NCBI GenBank assembly: GCA_964016885.1
Contig: OZ024751.1
Coordinates: forward strand, 47,616,001-47,680,000
Source: Eledone cirrhosa
Taxonomy: Eukaryota
Length of the DNA stretch: 64,000 bases
Direction of reading: 5' to 3'
Shown: piece after piece, positions 13,591 through 26,159 of the stretch
Numbering within the stretch: position 1 is the stretch's first letter
Layout: every line of letters starts with the position of its first letter
Notes under the pieces: model-generated
Told to the model about the DNA's origin: nothing
Database searches by the model: none
Seen by the model: only the letters and a program-made list of their open reading frames with translations
Translations under genes and position numbers: made by a program

Positions 13591-14290
13591 ATGCCACCTA
13601 AAAAGAGAAGTCGCTTCAGTCGACATACCGCGTCAGCAGTGGCGCAAAAGGCTACTATAGCAAACGAGTCCTCTGAGGAAAATGCTTCAAGACTTTCACA
13701 GACAGCCTTACGTTCAGCAGAATGTCGAGCCGCTGAAAGTTTCCAACAGCAAACCGCACGCCTAGCCAAAATGGCTTCATACCAGGCTTCTTCCAGGGCT
13801 TCAGAGAGCCGTGAACAAAGGTCGAAGCGCCTGGCTAGAAACGATGCGACTAATGCTGCTTCCAGGTCTTTGGAACGTTTAAAACAACGGACGGCTCGCC
13901 TTCCTATGAACGCTGTGGCTATGACTACTTCCATGGCTTCTGAAGATGCAGACGCGCGGTCCATTAGCATTGCAAATGTTGCTTCTGCTATTGCTGCCAG
14001 ACCTTCCCACCAACCACACGACCAATGTTCTACGTTCAAGCGTAACAGTCGACGACGAGAAGCTGCACGCGGTGTGACGAGCCCCAACAGCCCTTACTGG
14101 CACCTACGGGCTTTCAAGTATGAGCAAAACGTTAATTACTCGATGCGCTCTGACATAAATATAGGCGAGATGCGCTTCAATTGCCAATTCTGCAATGCTA
14201 CAAAGTGGGCTGGGGAGTCACCTTGCCCCCTCTTCCGGAACCGCCAGAGCCTTTGAAGGAACTACTGACTGGTTATACCTCAAGGTCAAA
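13591..14290 (+). pseudogene. Helitron RepHel N-terminal region (Arg-rich repeats, zinc-finger-like motif)
   Basis: ORF MPPKKR...RLARN.. repeats then CQFCNATKWAGES; frameshifted continuation LPPLPEPPEPLKELLTG typical of RepHel N-termini. Confidence 0.75.
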
Positions 14291-14321
14291 AAAAAAAAAA
14301 CCCTGATCCCCCCAATAAAAA

Positions 14322-15565
14322 CGCTCCTGGGGGTACCGGAAAAACTTTTGTAACGAATTTGATTCTCGCTAAGATTCGTCAGGAGAAAAAAGTTGCGTTG
14401 TCCGTTGCATCGTCCGGGATCGCTGCTACTTTGCTGCCGGGAGGCAGGACAGCACATTCAACCTTTAAACTCCCCTTGGATTTAATAAAAACTGAGACAC
14501 CAACATGCAATATCAGCAAGAGTTCACACAAAGCTCTGGTTCTCAAAAGATGTTGCCTCATTGTTTGGGATGAGTGCACAATGGCACACAAGGGTGCCCT
14601 TGAGACATCGGATAGGGCCCGGAAAGACATTAAGGATTCTACGGCTCCTATGGGTGGCGTAACCCTTCTGCTATCAGGGGATTTTCGGAAAACGCTGCCT
14701 GTCATCCCCAAATGGACAAGAGCTGATGAAGTGTGTGCCTGTCTTAAGTCGTCCATGTTGTGGCTCCAGGTGAATAGTTTGTACCTGAGCACAAATATGC
14801 GTGTTCATTTGCATGATGACAACATGTCTGCAGCACAGAACATTTTAGCACTTGGTGAGGGCAAGATCCCTGCGGATGACAAGGGCGGCATAGCAATCGA
14901 CACCCTGTGCAACATTGTGAGCAGCCCTTCTGACCTTTGGGAAGCAGTTTTTCCTAATGTCTCATCTAACTTTAAAAACCTCGATTGGCTCAGCGAAAGA
15001 GCCATCCTTGCTCCGAAAAATACCATGGTTAATTTTATTAACGAGCAGCTGATTGAGAAGATTCCCGGTAAAGAGCACATCTTCAAATCAGACCCCGACG
15101 ATATCGTTAATTATCCGATTGAGTTATTAAATCTCCTTGAGCCCCCAGGGCTCCCACCTCACATTATTAAGCTTAGGGTTGGCTGTCCCATTATGCTAAT
15201 AAGTAACTAAAAAGCAGTGCAACGGTACTCGCATGGTCGTCAAGTCACTGACACCCACTTGATTGAGGCCACCATTGTAACGGGGTGCGGAAGAGGGGAG
15301 AATGTTTTCATTCCTTTTCCCCTCGGCGTCAGATATCCCGTTCGATTTCCGGCGATCCCAATTCCCGGTGAGACCATGTTTTGCCATGTACATTAACAAG
15401 TCACAAGGGCAAACATTGTCGGTGGCGGGCATCCATTTGGGGGAGCCATGCTTCTCCCATGGCCAACTTTATGTTGCCTGTTCCCGCGCAGGGAGCAGGA
15501 ATGGACTTTTTGCTTACTCTCCTCAAGGGATGACACGCAATATCGTCTACAAAGAGGTGCTATAG
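14322..15565 (+). pseudogene. Helitron PIF1-family SF1 helicase domain, frameshifted
   Basis: APGGTGKTF (Walker A), ASSGIAATLLPGGRTAHSTFK, LIVWDECTM, GDFR, GLPPHIIKLRVGCPIML, QFPVRPCFAMYINKSQGQTL, FSHGQLYVACSR, TRNIVYKEVL. Confidence 0.92.
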
Positions 15566-15846
15566 ATGTTGGTGCCGTCTGGAACACTATTTCCTGGAAG
15601 TGTCCATTGACACCCAGCGGCATCAGGGTCACCATCTTGCAACTTTGGTCTACTAAATTCGCTATTGTAAGATTATTAACCCATCATTGATTGACCAAAA
15701 TGCTAATTGGTTCGTAACTTTTAATAACCGGTTCAACTGCTTTATGCACTTAATTGATAAGCTTATTCGCTTTCAAACCACGTTTAACTGTATGTAACTT
15801 TTCATAGCAAATGAACAAACCCGAGCAACGCCGGGCTAAACTGCTA

Positions 15847-15924
<78 letters not shown>

Positions 15925-16054
15925 TGTGTGTATATATAGAGAGAGAGTGTATATATACGCGGAGTAATACCCTCCTCAATTTCGTTAAGTTGCCTACTTC
16001 TACTGCAAGTGCAACAACCCCACTACCACCACCATCACTGCCACCAACAACAAA

Positions 16055-16086
<32 letters not shown>

Positions 16087-16209
16087 TGCCCAATTGCAAC
16101 TTTTTCCTATCTTTACCCTCTTCTCTATCTTTTTAACTGGTCCTTTTAATTACAAGACCCCACACACCGTTCAGACGTGTTCAGTCACTATCTCTCATAA
16201 CACATTTTA

Positions 16210-16252
16210 TCATAAGACGTTTCATGCTCTAACTCGCATCATTCAGCGCATC
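16210..16252 (-). ncRNA. Degenerate minimal HHR-like motif
   Basis: Minus strand CTGAATGA-TGC gagttaga GCA t-GAAA-CG-TC; stem I does not pair well. Confidence 0.3.
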
Positions 16253-16547
16253 TTTCTAGTTTTTAGTCTCAATAAGTCTAACGAAACCGTTCTGTTCTGT
16301 TCTTCGTTCTATTATAGTCGACATAACTATTGCTCACAGTTATATTTATTTTGTCGTTGAAATGTTTCATCAGTTAATTTTTTTTTAAAATTCTATCTTT
16401 CCAATCTTGTTTAAAGTTTCTTTATTTTATCATTCTTCTAATGATATTTCCTCTCACAACTATCACATGTGAATATAGTTATCAGCTTTGTGGCGACTAT
16501 ATTCTCAAATTTTCAATTTTCTCACTGCTTTGTAAGTGAATAAAGTG

Positions 16548-16660
<113 letters not shown>

Positions 16661-16723
16661 CAGATTTTAGTCTTCTCGTTTATTATTATTACTATATATA
16701 TATATATATATATATAAACATAC

Positions 16724-16754
<31 letters not shown>

Positions 16755-16786
16755 TTAGAATTTAGAATTGGTGCTCTGAAATAGCG

Positions 16787-16818
<32 letters not shown>

Positions 16819-16876
16819 TATGTATGTATATATTTATATATGCATACACACACATGTATATATCTATCATATATAT

Positions 16877-16943
<67 letters not shown>

Positions 16944-16968
16944 AGTGTATGTATATATAAATATATAC

Positions 16969-17033
<65 letters not shown>

Positions 17034-17037
17034 CATA

Positions 17038-17259
<222 letters not shown>

Positions 17260-17596
17260 GTATGTGTGTGCGTTTGTTCTTTAGATCCTTGATTCGTTTA
17301 GGGCATTGCAGCTAAAGGCCATTCCTTTAATTTAGGTAATATATCAAACCAATTATTCCTGCCAAGTGGGCGTCTCATAACATCTTGAATACTTTTTTTT
17401 TTTTTTTTTCTCAAAATGACATCTAATTAATAAGTAAGATTTCTTGAAGCAACTAAACTGAAACTTCGAAGTCACTGGTACACTCCTCTTCAGAAAATAA
17501 GATTTACACCCTTCTTGCATATATTGAGTGCTTATTCAGTTCATGTTTGAATGTGGGAATGTTCTCAGTACAAAGGTATTTTAAATTCCTACGTTA

Positions 17597-17687
<91 letters not shown>

Positions 17688-17812
17688 CTGTCGAAACGGC
17701 TTAAGCTCTCCCGTCGGGGTTCTGACTCTTTTCCTATTACCCACTCTACTACCCTAAGTATTGAGTACTCTGGTGGGTTATGGTCCACCTGGTTCCTTAC
17801 CACACTTCCTTC

Positions 17813-17902
<90 letters not shown>

Positions 17903-17904
<2 letters not shown>

Positions 17905-18226
17905 TATCTCGCGTTCAGTTGGGAGTAACCACAGTAAATACATAGAAGTGTATACATATTTAATATAGAAATGGCTTCTACAGGACTAGAACTGTTTCAT
18001 TCGAAGGAGTTACTCTGAAATATTAGAATATAAATGCATATTAAAACACTTTTTTCTCAGCCGTTAATCACATATGGATATATATATATATATATATATT
18101 CTGATGATTTCTAGCGAATGAAACAGTTCTAGTTCTGTAGAAGCCTTTCTATATTAAATATTTATACTCTGCTTTTTATTGAGTACCTTACTTACAGTGG
18201 TTACCCCCGATTGAACCCGGGATAAA

Positions 18227-18228
<2 letters not shown>
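17903..18228. mobile_element. Family A HHR element as an inverted pair
   Basis: 17903-18003 (minus, truncated in stem II) and 18099-18228 (plus, CTGATGA at 18101, GAAA 18120, GTA 18137-18139); other family A copies at 34702-34745, 40916-41033, 52926-53050. Confidence 0.7.
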
Positions 18229-18265
<37 letters not shown>

Positions 18266-18266
18266 G

Positions 18267-18356
18267 CAGGGTGTCCCCAAAAATGTATACATACCTGTCC
18301 AGGCAATACTTATTAGAATGCACAGCCTGTGTATGTACATTTTTTGGGACACCCTG
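18267..18356. mobile_element. Tc1/mariner-type MITE, ~90 bp
   Basis: TIRs CAGGGTGTCCCCAAAAATGTATACATAC / GTATGTACATTTTTTGGGACACCCTG followed by TA; related copy at 53383-53480. Confidence 0.75.
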
Positions 18357-19059
18357 TATATATACAGGGCTACTAATCATCAGGCAAGATTCAAAATCTG
18401 GCTTACGTGAGAATTGGTGAGAAAGGGATACGAGAATTTAGAAGATGTGAGACTCTCAAAGGATCTGTAATTCATTGAATGTTTTCAATACGAGTCTATA
18501 TTGCATGAGGCGGTTTTATAAAAATTATTATATAATTAGATTGCTTGATTGTATAATTAGTTAAGAAATTAATTTTGTTGTTTGACTAATTGGTGTAATG
18601 AGAAAATTGAATTAATACTATCGAGTAATTATTGAACAGTAACACTTAACGACGTTGCGAGTCGCATCAATGGATATATTTCGTGTATATTGTATAATGG
18701 TTAATAGGATTGAAAAGTTTACAGTTGAACAACAATTCATGTCAAATGTAATAAATCTATTGTTGCCATAGAGAGCAGGATTACTTTAATACGTAATAAT
18801 TATGGTTTCTTACATTTCTAAGACAATGGTACCGCATCTTCCAACATAAGAGAGCTGTAGTAGTAACTGATATGAACAATGGTAAATTGAGCTGTATTTC
18901 TTTTTTTTTCCTTATTGATTCTGATAAGATGAAAGAAATGGTTGGTTGGTGTGATCTGGATTAGAACTCAGAACATAAAAGGGATTTAACTAATTATCAC
19001 AAGGTATTTTACCTGTTGCTTTACGAATTCTCCCACAATAAGAATTTCTAATTTAAGCA

Positions 19060-19330
19060 AATTGGCAGAGTTGTTAGAACGTCGAATAGAATGGCAGAGT
19101 CGTGAGAACGTCAGATAGAATGACAGAGTCGTTAGAACGCCCGATAGAATGGTAGAGTAGTTAGAACGTCCGATAGAATGGCAGAGTCGTTAGAACGTCG
19201 AATAGAATGCCTTGCGGTATTTGTTCCAGCTCTCTGCTCTCTGAGTTCAAATCCCACCGAGGTCAACTTTGTCTTTCATCCTTTCAAGGTGGATAAAAAA
19301 AAGTACTAGTCTAGTTCTGGTGTCGATTCT
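19060..19330 (+). mobile_element. Older SINE subfamily copy with tandemly amplified 5' end (~29-bp unit, about 5 copies)
   Basis: GAATGGCAGAGTCGTTAGAACGTC.GATA repeats followed by TGAGTTCAAATCCCACCGAGGTCAACTTTGTCTTTCATCC. Confidence 0.7.
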
Positions 19331-19611
19331 TCCTCTCTCTGGAAGAAATGTGTTGTACTCAAGCCTGGAGAAGGATAGGCTCCGCCAGGCTTTGAATGTC
19401 CAAGAAACGCTTTATGTCAATACGGTGCCCCTACGACGCTATCAGGAGTTACGGTACCATACCAATTTAGACTAAATATAAGCAGCTTCGTGCGAAGGAA
19501 AAGGGCCAATACATTGACTCAAGTACTTTTGTGGTGAGACTCTACATTCTGTCTATACTGCCTTTTCACAGACCTTTCAAATTATTAGGAGCTACATATA
19601 TGTGGCAAAGG

Positions 19612-19681
<70 letters not shown>

Positions 19682-19908
19682 TTGAAATGGGCTTAGTGTT
19701 TGTAATAAATCTTTGAAGGGATTTCACCAGCCCAGCCTCCTGTTATTTTACTCAATAATAATTAACTCCGTTCTCGCACCACCAACAAGGTTCAACATAA
19801 ACTAAGATGGATGAGTTGCATTGCGTCGAATGCTTTTCCTAATATTACATCACGGTTGACTATGCGGAATGACCAGTTCTATCCAGTGGTGAACCAACAA
19901 ACCTAAAC

Positions 19909-19954
<46 letters not shown>

Positions 19955-19957
19955 ACG

Positions 19958-20058
<101 letters not shown>

Positions 20059-20100
20059 ACACACACACACACACGCGCACGCACACACACACACACACAT

Positions 20101-20140
<40 letters not shown>

Positions 20141-20287
20141 TACATATCATAGAAGTCGATTCTTGAAGTGAATGGGATTAACCAAAGCCGGCCATTAATA
20201 AAAGATATCCGATTACGCCTCATAAATACACAGGCTACACCACCCCACATCAGCCATATCTATCTATCTATATATATATATACACAC

Positions 20288-20345
<58 letters not shown>

Positions 20346-20616
20346 TACATACACATAATAATATATGAGGTTAATTGTCTCTATTTACCAGACAGACGTG
20401 AGATAAATAAACATCAATACGATACGTTGATTGGTTCATTGATTAAAGCAGCTGTTCACTTCACTAACGGCAATGACACGTGACCAATTTGCTAAATATC
20501 AGAATAAACACATGAACGGAATTGGTTTCGATGTCTTCTAGCAAATACACGATGTCTTCCATTAAATATATAAGGAAACATGGCTGAGTGACACGTAATG
20601 AATAATACTTCCAATG

Positions 20617-20687
<71 letters not shown>

Positions 20688-20833
20688 GTATATATATATA
20701 CATATGTAGGAGGTGAGTTTTATTGTAGTACAATAAAGCAATGCAGATATCGGATAAGAAGCACTCTACAGTTTGTAGGACTGGAGTATACATAATATAT
20801 AAGAACAAAAGATGGTTAAAGGAGTTCCATATA

Positions 20834-20900
20834 TTTTATTATGCGCATTTCAAAAACAAATATCATCATGCAATAATATTTGTGTTTTCATCAGATAAAA
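20834..20900 (-). ncRNA. Type I HHR in the PLE pLTR, family E
   Basis: TTTTAT-CTGATGA-long stem II-GAAA-TGCGCA-TA-ATAAAA; palindromic ATGCGCAT stem III. Confidence 0.8.
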
Positions 20901-21914
20901 CAGGAGGACATGATATGAAGGTTAAAAAACACTTGTGGATAGTTCAGTTTTAAATCAACATATGAGAAGTATTTTTAGATTGATGTGTGATATTGGGAAA
21001 AATATTTTATTTAGAGGGGGGGGGGAGGATGAAAAAAGAAGGAGATGAGAGTGAAGGTGGAGAGGGAGGAGTATAGTGAGGAAGGATGAGATAGGAGGAG
21101 AGATGGGTGATAGAGAGAGAGAGATAGTTTTTATAACTGAGAAAGATATATTGTTTTACATAGAGAGGTTGAAAACCGTTGGAAGATAATGTATAAATTA
21201 AAAGAATTTGAAAATTAACGAAGAGAAAAATATGTGCGAAGAAAAAGAAGGAGTTAATATGTATTGAGAATAATGAGTTAGATGATAGGGAGAAAGGAAT
21301 AATGAATTGCGGATGAATATTCTAACGTCAAAAAAAATGTATATGTTTACGAAGGATTTTTACAAGGTGATATAGAGTAAGAATGTGTTGTATTATGTAA
21401 TAATTGATTCTATGTTAGGCAAGAGTGAGAAAAGGTACAGATTAGGGGTTAGATATTAGAAGAGAAGAAAAGGAAGTGATAAATATGGGTGATGTAGAAA
21501 GAGTAAACAAGTATTATAGAAATTTGAAAATTAACGAAGAGAAAAATAATGTAAAGTTAAGGTTTGTATATTGAAGGATTTGAGAAAAATAATGTAAAGT
21601 TAAGGTTTGTATATTGAAGGATTTGATAATATGTGCGAAGAAAAAGAAAATGTTAATATGTATTGAGAATAATGAGTTAGATGATAGGGAGAAAAGATTA
21701 ATGAATTGAGGATGAATAATCTAGCGTCAAAAAAAATGTATATGTTTACGAAGGATTTTTACAAGGTGATATAGAGTAAGAGTAATGAGTAAACAAGTAT
21801 TATAGAATGTATAATAACCTTTGAAATAAGGTAGAAAGATGGGTATATTTTTAAAAGAAGTGTATATATATGTGCCTTTGAGAAAAAGATTCTAAATTGA
21901 TAAAGAATTGAATA

Positions 21915-23440
21915 TTAGCTGTATACTTTGTGAAATGTTTTATGGAATTTATGCAAGCAGATAGAAAACAAGTCAGTGCGTCTATTTATTATAGAATCTA
22001 GATTAGAGATAATGGTAAATTTTTCATTTAGACAGAGATTGCAGATTTTAGATAGAGAACTGTTCAAGTGTGGAGACGCAGAAGAAACCTTCTTCCAAAA
22101 GATGCTATATTTAATGTTTTTGTCTTTCAAGGACCATATGAGTTCTGAGAGAGCCGTGTTGGTTCTTTTAAGTTTGTATTTAAAAGACGAATGATGGTTA
22201 TAAAGACGAGCTTTAAAAGAGGTGGAAGTGGAGCCAAAATAGGTGAAGGAATTGGTGTCAGTTATAACTTTACATTCGCAAATTAAGTTTTTATCAAGGC
22301 AATGGTTGTTGAGAGGACATTTATTTTTAATAGGGCAATTGCAATTGCAATTGCAATTAGAGAGATTATTAATGAGTGACCTAGTGTTATCTATAGAAGG
22401 AATTGGATTGGAGAAGTTGTTTGCGATAGGAATAATAGTTTCTTGATTTAGAATGGGATTATGAACATTTAGCGAAGTTGTGTTTGACGTTGTATTTGGG
22501 TTTGTAGATATTAGCCTAGGGTTTACAATGGCGTCGGGAGTACTATTATTATGAAATTCAGTGTTGGAAGGAAGAGATTTAGTATTTAGTATTTTATTGT
22601 TGTGTTTAGAGATAATGTTGGAAATGTTGGAGGATGTAGAATAAGAAAATTTTATGGTGTGTTTGTTAAATATTTTACTATAGATATGTGAGGGAGGGAA
22701 GCATTTATTTAAGGTACTAAAGAATAATTTAGGAATATTGTTATTAATAGAGATGGAGAAAGGAGCATTATACCAGATTATGTTTTTGTATCTAGGTCTT
22801 TTATTAAAGTTATTGGAATGATCATGATTAATTATTCTACTGTAATTTCTTCTAGAATTTGTTTCTTTACTATATTTGATTTTATCAGGATAGCCGGCTT
22901 TAGAAAGCGCGTTATTATAGTAATTGGCGTTAGCATCAAAGATGTTTTTATTAGAAGATAGGTTAGATATTCTTTTTCCAATATTACTAACTATAGCATT
23001 CTTGATATTAGTAGGATGGTTAGATTTAAAGTTAATATAATTTAGGTTCTCATTGTTTTTATGGTAAGGGTAATATAGGCCAGTGTCAAGATTAAGAGAT
23101 ACATCCAAGAAATTAGCTAGTTTGATACTGTTATCAAATTCAATTTTTAGGTTATGTTGGTTAAAGAGATTACGTATATTGTTCTTAATAATATTAAGGT
23201 TAACTATATTGCAAATTAAGATAGTAAAGAGTCCATCGTCACGATAAATTCCACCGCGAAGTTGAGGAATTTTCCGACTCAAAGAGTTCAAAATAAAGAT
23301 ACCAATTAAATCAGTCAATTGGGATGAATCGGATGCTCCAATTGTGATGTCGAAGTTGTTAGAGGTATCGGCTCTGGTCCAATATTCGTTGTTGAACTCT
23401 AGGATGGTTTTACGTGTGGTGAGAATGATGTGAAGTTCAT
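21915..23440 (-). CDS. Penelope-like RT C-terminal half, linker and GIY-YIG endonuclease (5'-truncated; frame stays open upstream of the listed ORF start)
   Basis: FDITIGASDSSQLTDLIG, GIYRDDGL, NFLDVSLNL, SNHP, WYNAPFS, CNCPIKNKCPLNNHCL, YFGST..FKARLYNH, CNLCLNEK: pattern matches Naiad-clade PLE proteins as recalled. Confidence 0.85.
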
Positions 23441-23817
23441 CTAACTCATTATTCTCAATACATATTAACTCCTTCTTTTTCTTCGCACATATTTTTCTCT
23501 TCGTTAATTTTCAAATTCTTTTAATTTATACATTATCTTCCAACGGTTTTCAACCTCTCTATGTAAAACAATATATCTTTCTCAGTTATAAAAACTATCT
23601 CTCTCTCTCTATCACCCATCTCTCCTCCTATCTCATCCTTCCTCACTATACTCCTCCTTCTCCACCTTCACTCTCATCTCCTTCCTTTTTTCACCCCCCC
23701 CCTCTAAATAAAATATTTTTCCCCATATCACACATCAATCTAAAAATACTTCTCATATGTTGATTTAAAACTGAACTATCCACAAGTGTTTTTTAACCTT
23801 CATATCATGTCCTCCTG

Positions 23818-23884
23818 TTTTATCTGATGAAAACACAAATATTATTGCATGATGATATTTGTTTTTGAAATGCGCATAATAAAA
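23818..23884 (+). ncRNA. Type I HHR in the inverted pLTR copy, family E
   Basis: CTGATGA 23824-23830, GAAA 23867-23870, UA 23877-23878; reverse complement of 20834-20900. Confidence 0.8.
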
Positions 23885-23941
23885 TACATGGAACTCCTTT
23901 AACCATCTTTTGTTCTTATATATTATATATACATATATATA

Positions 23942-24345
<404 letters not shown>

Positions 24346-24396
24346 ATTCCATCATTTGATCTTATATATATATATATTTATATATATACATATATA

Positions 24397-24495
<99 letters not shown>

Positions 24496-24497
24496 TA

Positions 24498-24543
24498 TAT
24501 TAATAAAAGGAATTCCAACTTTGTCTGATTTACTCGTTTTATT

Positions 24544-24585
<42 letters not shown>

Positions 24586-24586
24586 G

Positions 24587-24617
<31 letters not shown>

Positions 24618-24792
24618 TATTAGAATGAAGTAGTATGGTAGAATATTAAATGTTAAGTGTTAATTGAACAAGTTCAATTAACACTTAACATTTAATATTC
24701 TACTATACTATTTCATTCTAATACCATTATAATTTTAAGGGATTGTAAATAAAACGAGTAAATCAGACAAAGTTGGAATTCCTTTTATTAAT
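24498..24792. repeat. Nested inverted repeats
   Basis: Near-perfect hairpin 24615-24727 inside an outer IR (24498-24550 vs 24741-24792). Confidence 0.8.
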
Positions 24793-24862
24793 ATAATCTT
24801 CTATACACAATCATACACACCCGTGTATATATTTATATATATATACAGTATATATATATATA

Positions 24863-24934
<72 letters not shown>

Positions 24935-25086
24935 TGTATACATATATATATATATTGTTGAAGGTATGTATAGTATATTTGGCAATATACCGTATGTTTA
25001 ATTAAAAACATTTAGAAGACCATACGCTATCGGTTTTAAAGTAGTGACTATGTCATTTACTTCTTTTCGGCGAAAGAAGGGAGACA

Positions 25087-25128
25087 AGCTGGCAGTCTGT
25101 TTCGCGCTGGTTGGTGTTCATCAGAGCC
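25087..25128 (-). ncRNA. Degenerate HHR-like motif
   Basis: Minus strand GGCT-CTGATGA-...-GAAA-CAG a CTG-CC-AGCT; U16.1 replaced by C and stem II decayed. Confidence 0.35.
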
Positions 25129-25321
25129 GCGGAATCCCTTGCTTCCTTTATGTATTGTTATACTTGGGGAGGGTCATATTGTTATAATATTGCCAGAAAT
25201 AATAAAAGAACACACTCACTGTTTGGTTTGGGTTGGTTTTCGCTTCTGTATCTTTTATATCTCCATATATATATATATATATATATATAAACAAAGTTCG
25301 TGCCTTTTCACTTTTACTCAT

Positions 25322-25361
<40 letters not shown>

Positions 25362-25596
25362 GATATATATATATATGTAATGAGTAAAAGTGAAAAGGCA
25401 CAGAACTTTGTTTAAAGAATGTTTTTTCTTTAAGCGACAGAGTAAATATTTTTATATTTCTTTCATTAAAAGAATTTAAGTTGTATCAAATATATTTCCT
25501 GAATATATACATATATATATATAACAAAGGTATATATGGAGTTAGAAACTCAAAATAATCTCTTACAATAAAAGAGATTTTTCCGAGCCGTATATC

Positions 25597-25898
25597 ATAA
25601 TTGTATATAAAAGAGAGATAAACACAGACATATACATATTTGTGTTCAAATCGTAAGGGACTAGGTTCGCTAAGGTGAAAAGAATACTAACTATGGACAA
25701 TAGGGTTTGCCAGACTCAATTTAAGAATAAATCAAGAAAATAAATACAAACCGGAATTGTGGTAACTACTGATCACCCATACAGCGTTTGGCTATGTTGT
25801 TTCATAGTTAGTATTTTTTTCACCTTAGCGAACCTGGTCCCTTACGATTTGAACACGTATATGTATATATCTGTGTTTATCTCTCTTTTATATTCAAT

Positions 25899-25901
<3 letters not shown>
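25597..25901. repeat. Inverted repeat, ~100-bp arms around a ~107-bp spacer
   Basis: 25597-25695 is the reverse complement of 25803-25901 with a few mismatches. Confidence 0.8.
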
Positions 25902-25980
<79 letters not shown>

Positions 25981-26159
25981 CATGTGAGTATTATTGTTGT
26001 TGTTGATTATGTTGTTTAGCACCAGTTCGGCTCTAATGAAGTAGAGTTATGTGATCCATAGCTCTGATTGATCTCTAAATTGCATTATTTAATGTATCCC
26101 CCATATTCTTTTTTTTTTTTAAAGATGTAGTTTGAGAGAGAGATTTTGGTGATATATCT

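Larger units (their letters stand above)
12276..15847 (+). mobile_element. Internally deleted, non-autonomous Helitron
   Basis: Starts TC after host A (12275); ends with hairpin CCCGAGCAACGCCGGG then CTAG followed by T; contains RepHel N-terminal and PIF1-like helicase remnants. Confidence 0.85.
20704..23930 (-). mobile_element. Penelope-like retroelement (Naiad-like), 5'-truncated, with inverted pLTR copy
   Basis: RT-thumb-GIY-YIG ORF, ~1-kb 3' region with an internal duplication, HHR near the 3' end; 23437-23925 is the reverse complement of about 20790-21284; flanked by (TA)n. Confidence 0.88.

Noticed and set aside
21915-23440. Selenoprotein-type Naiad element
   Set aside because: No in-frame UGA in the retained frame and no SECIS identified by eye
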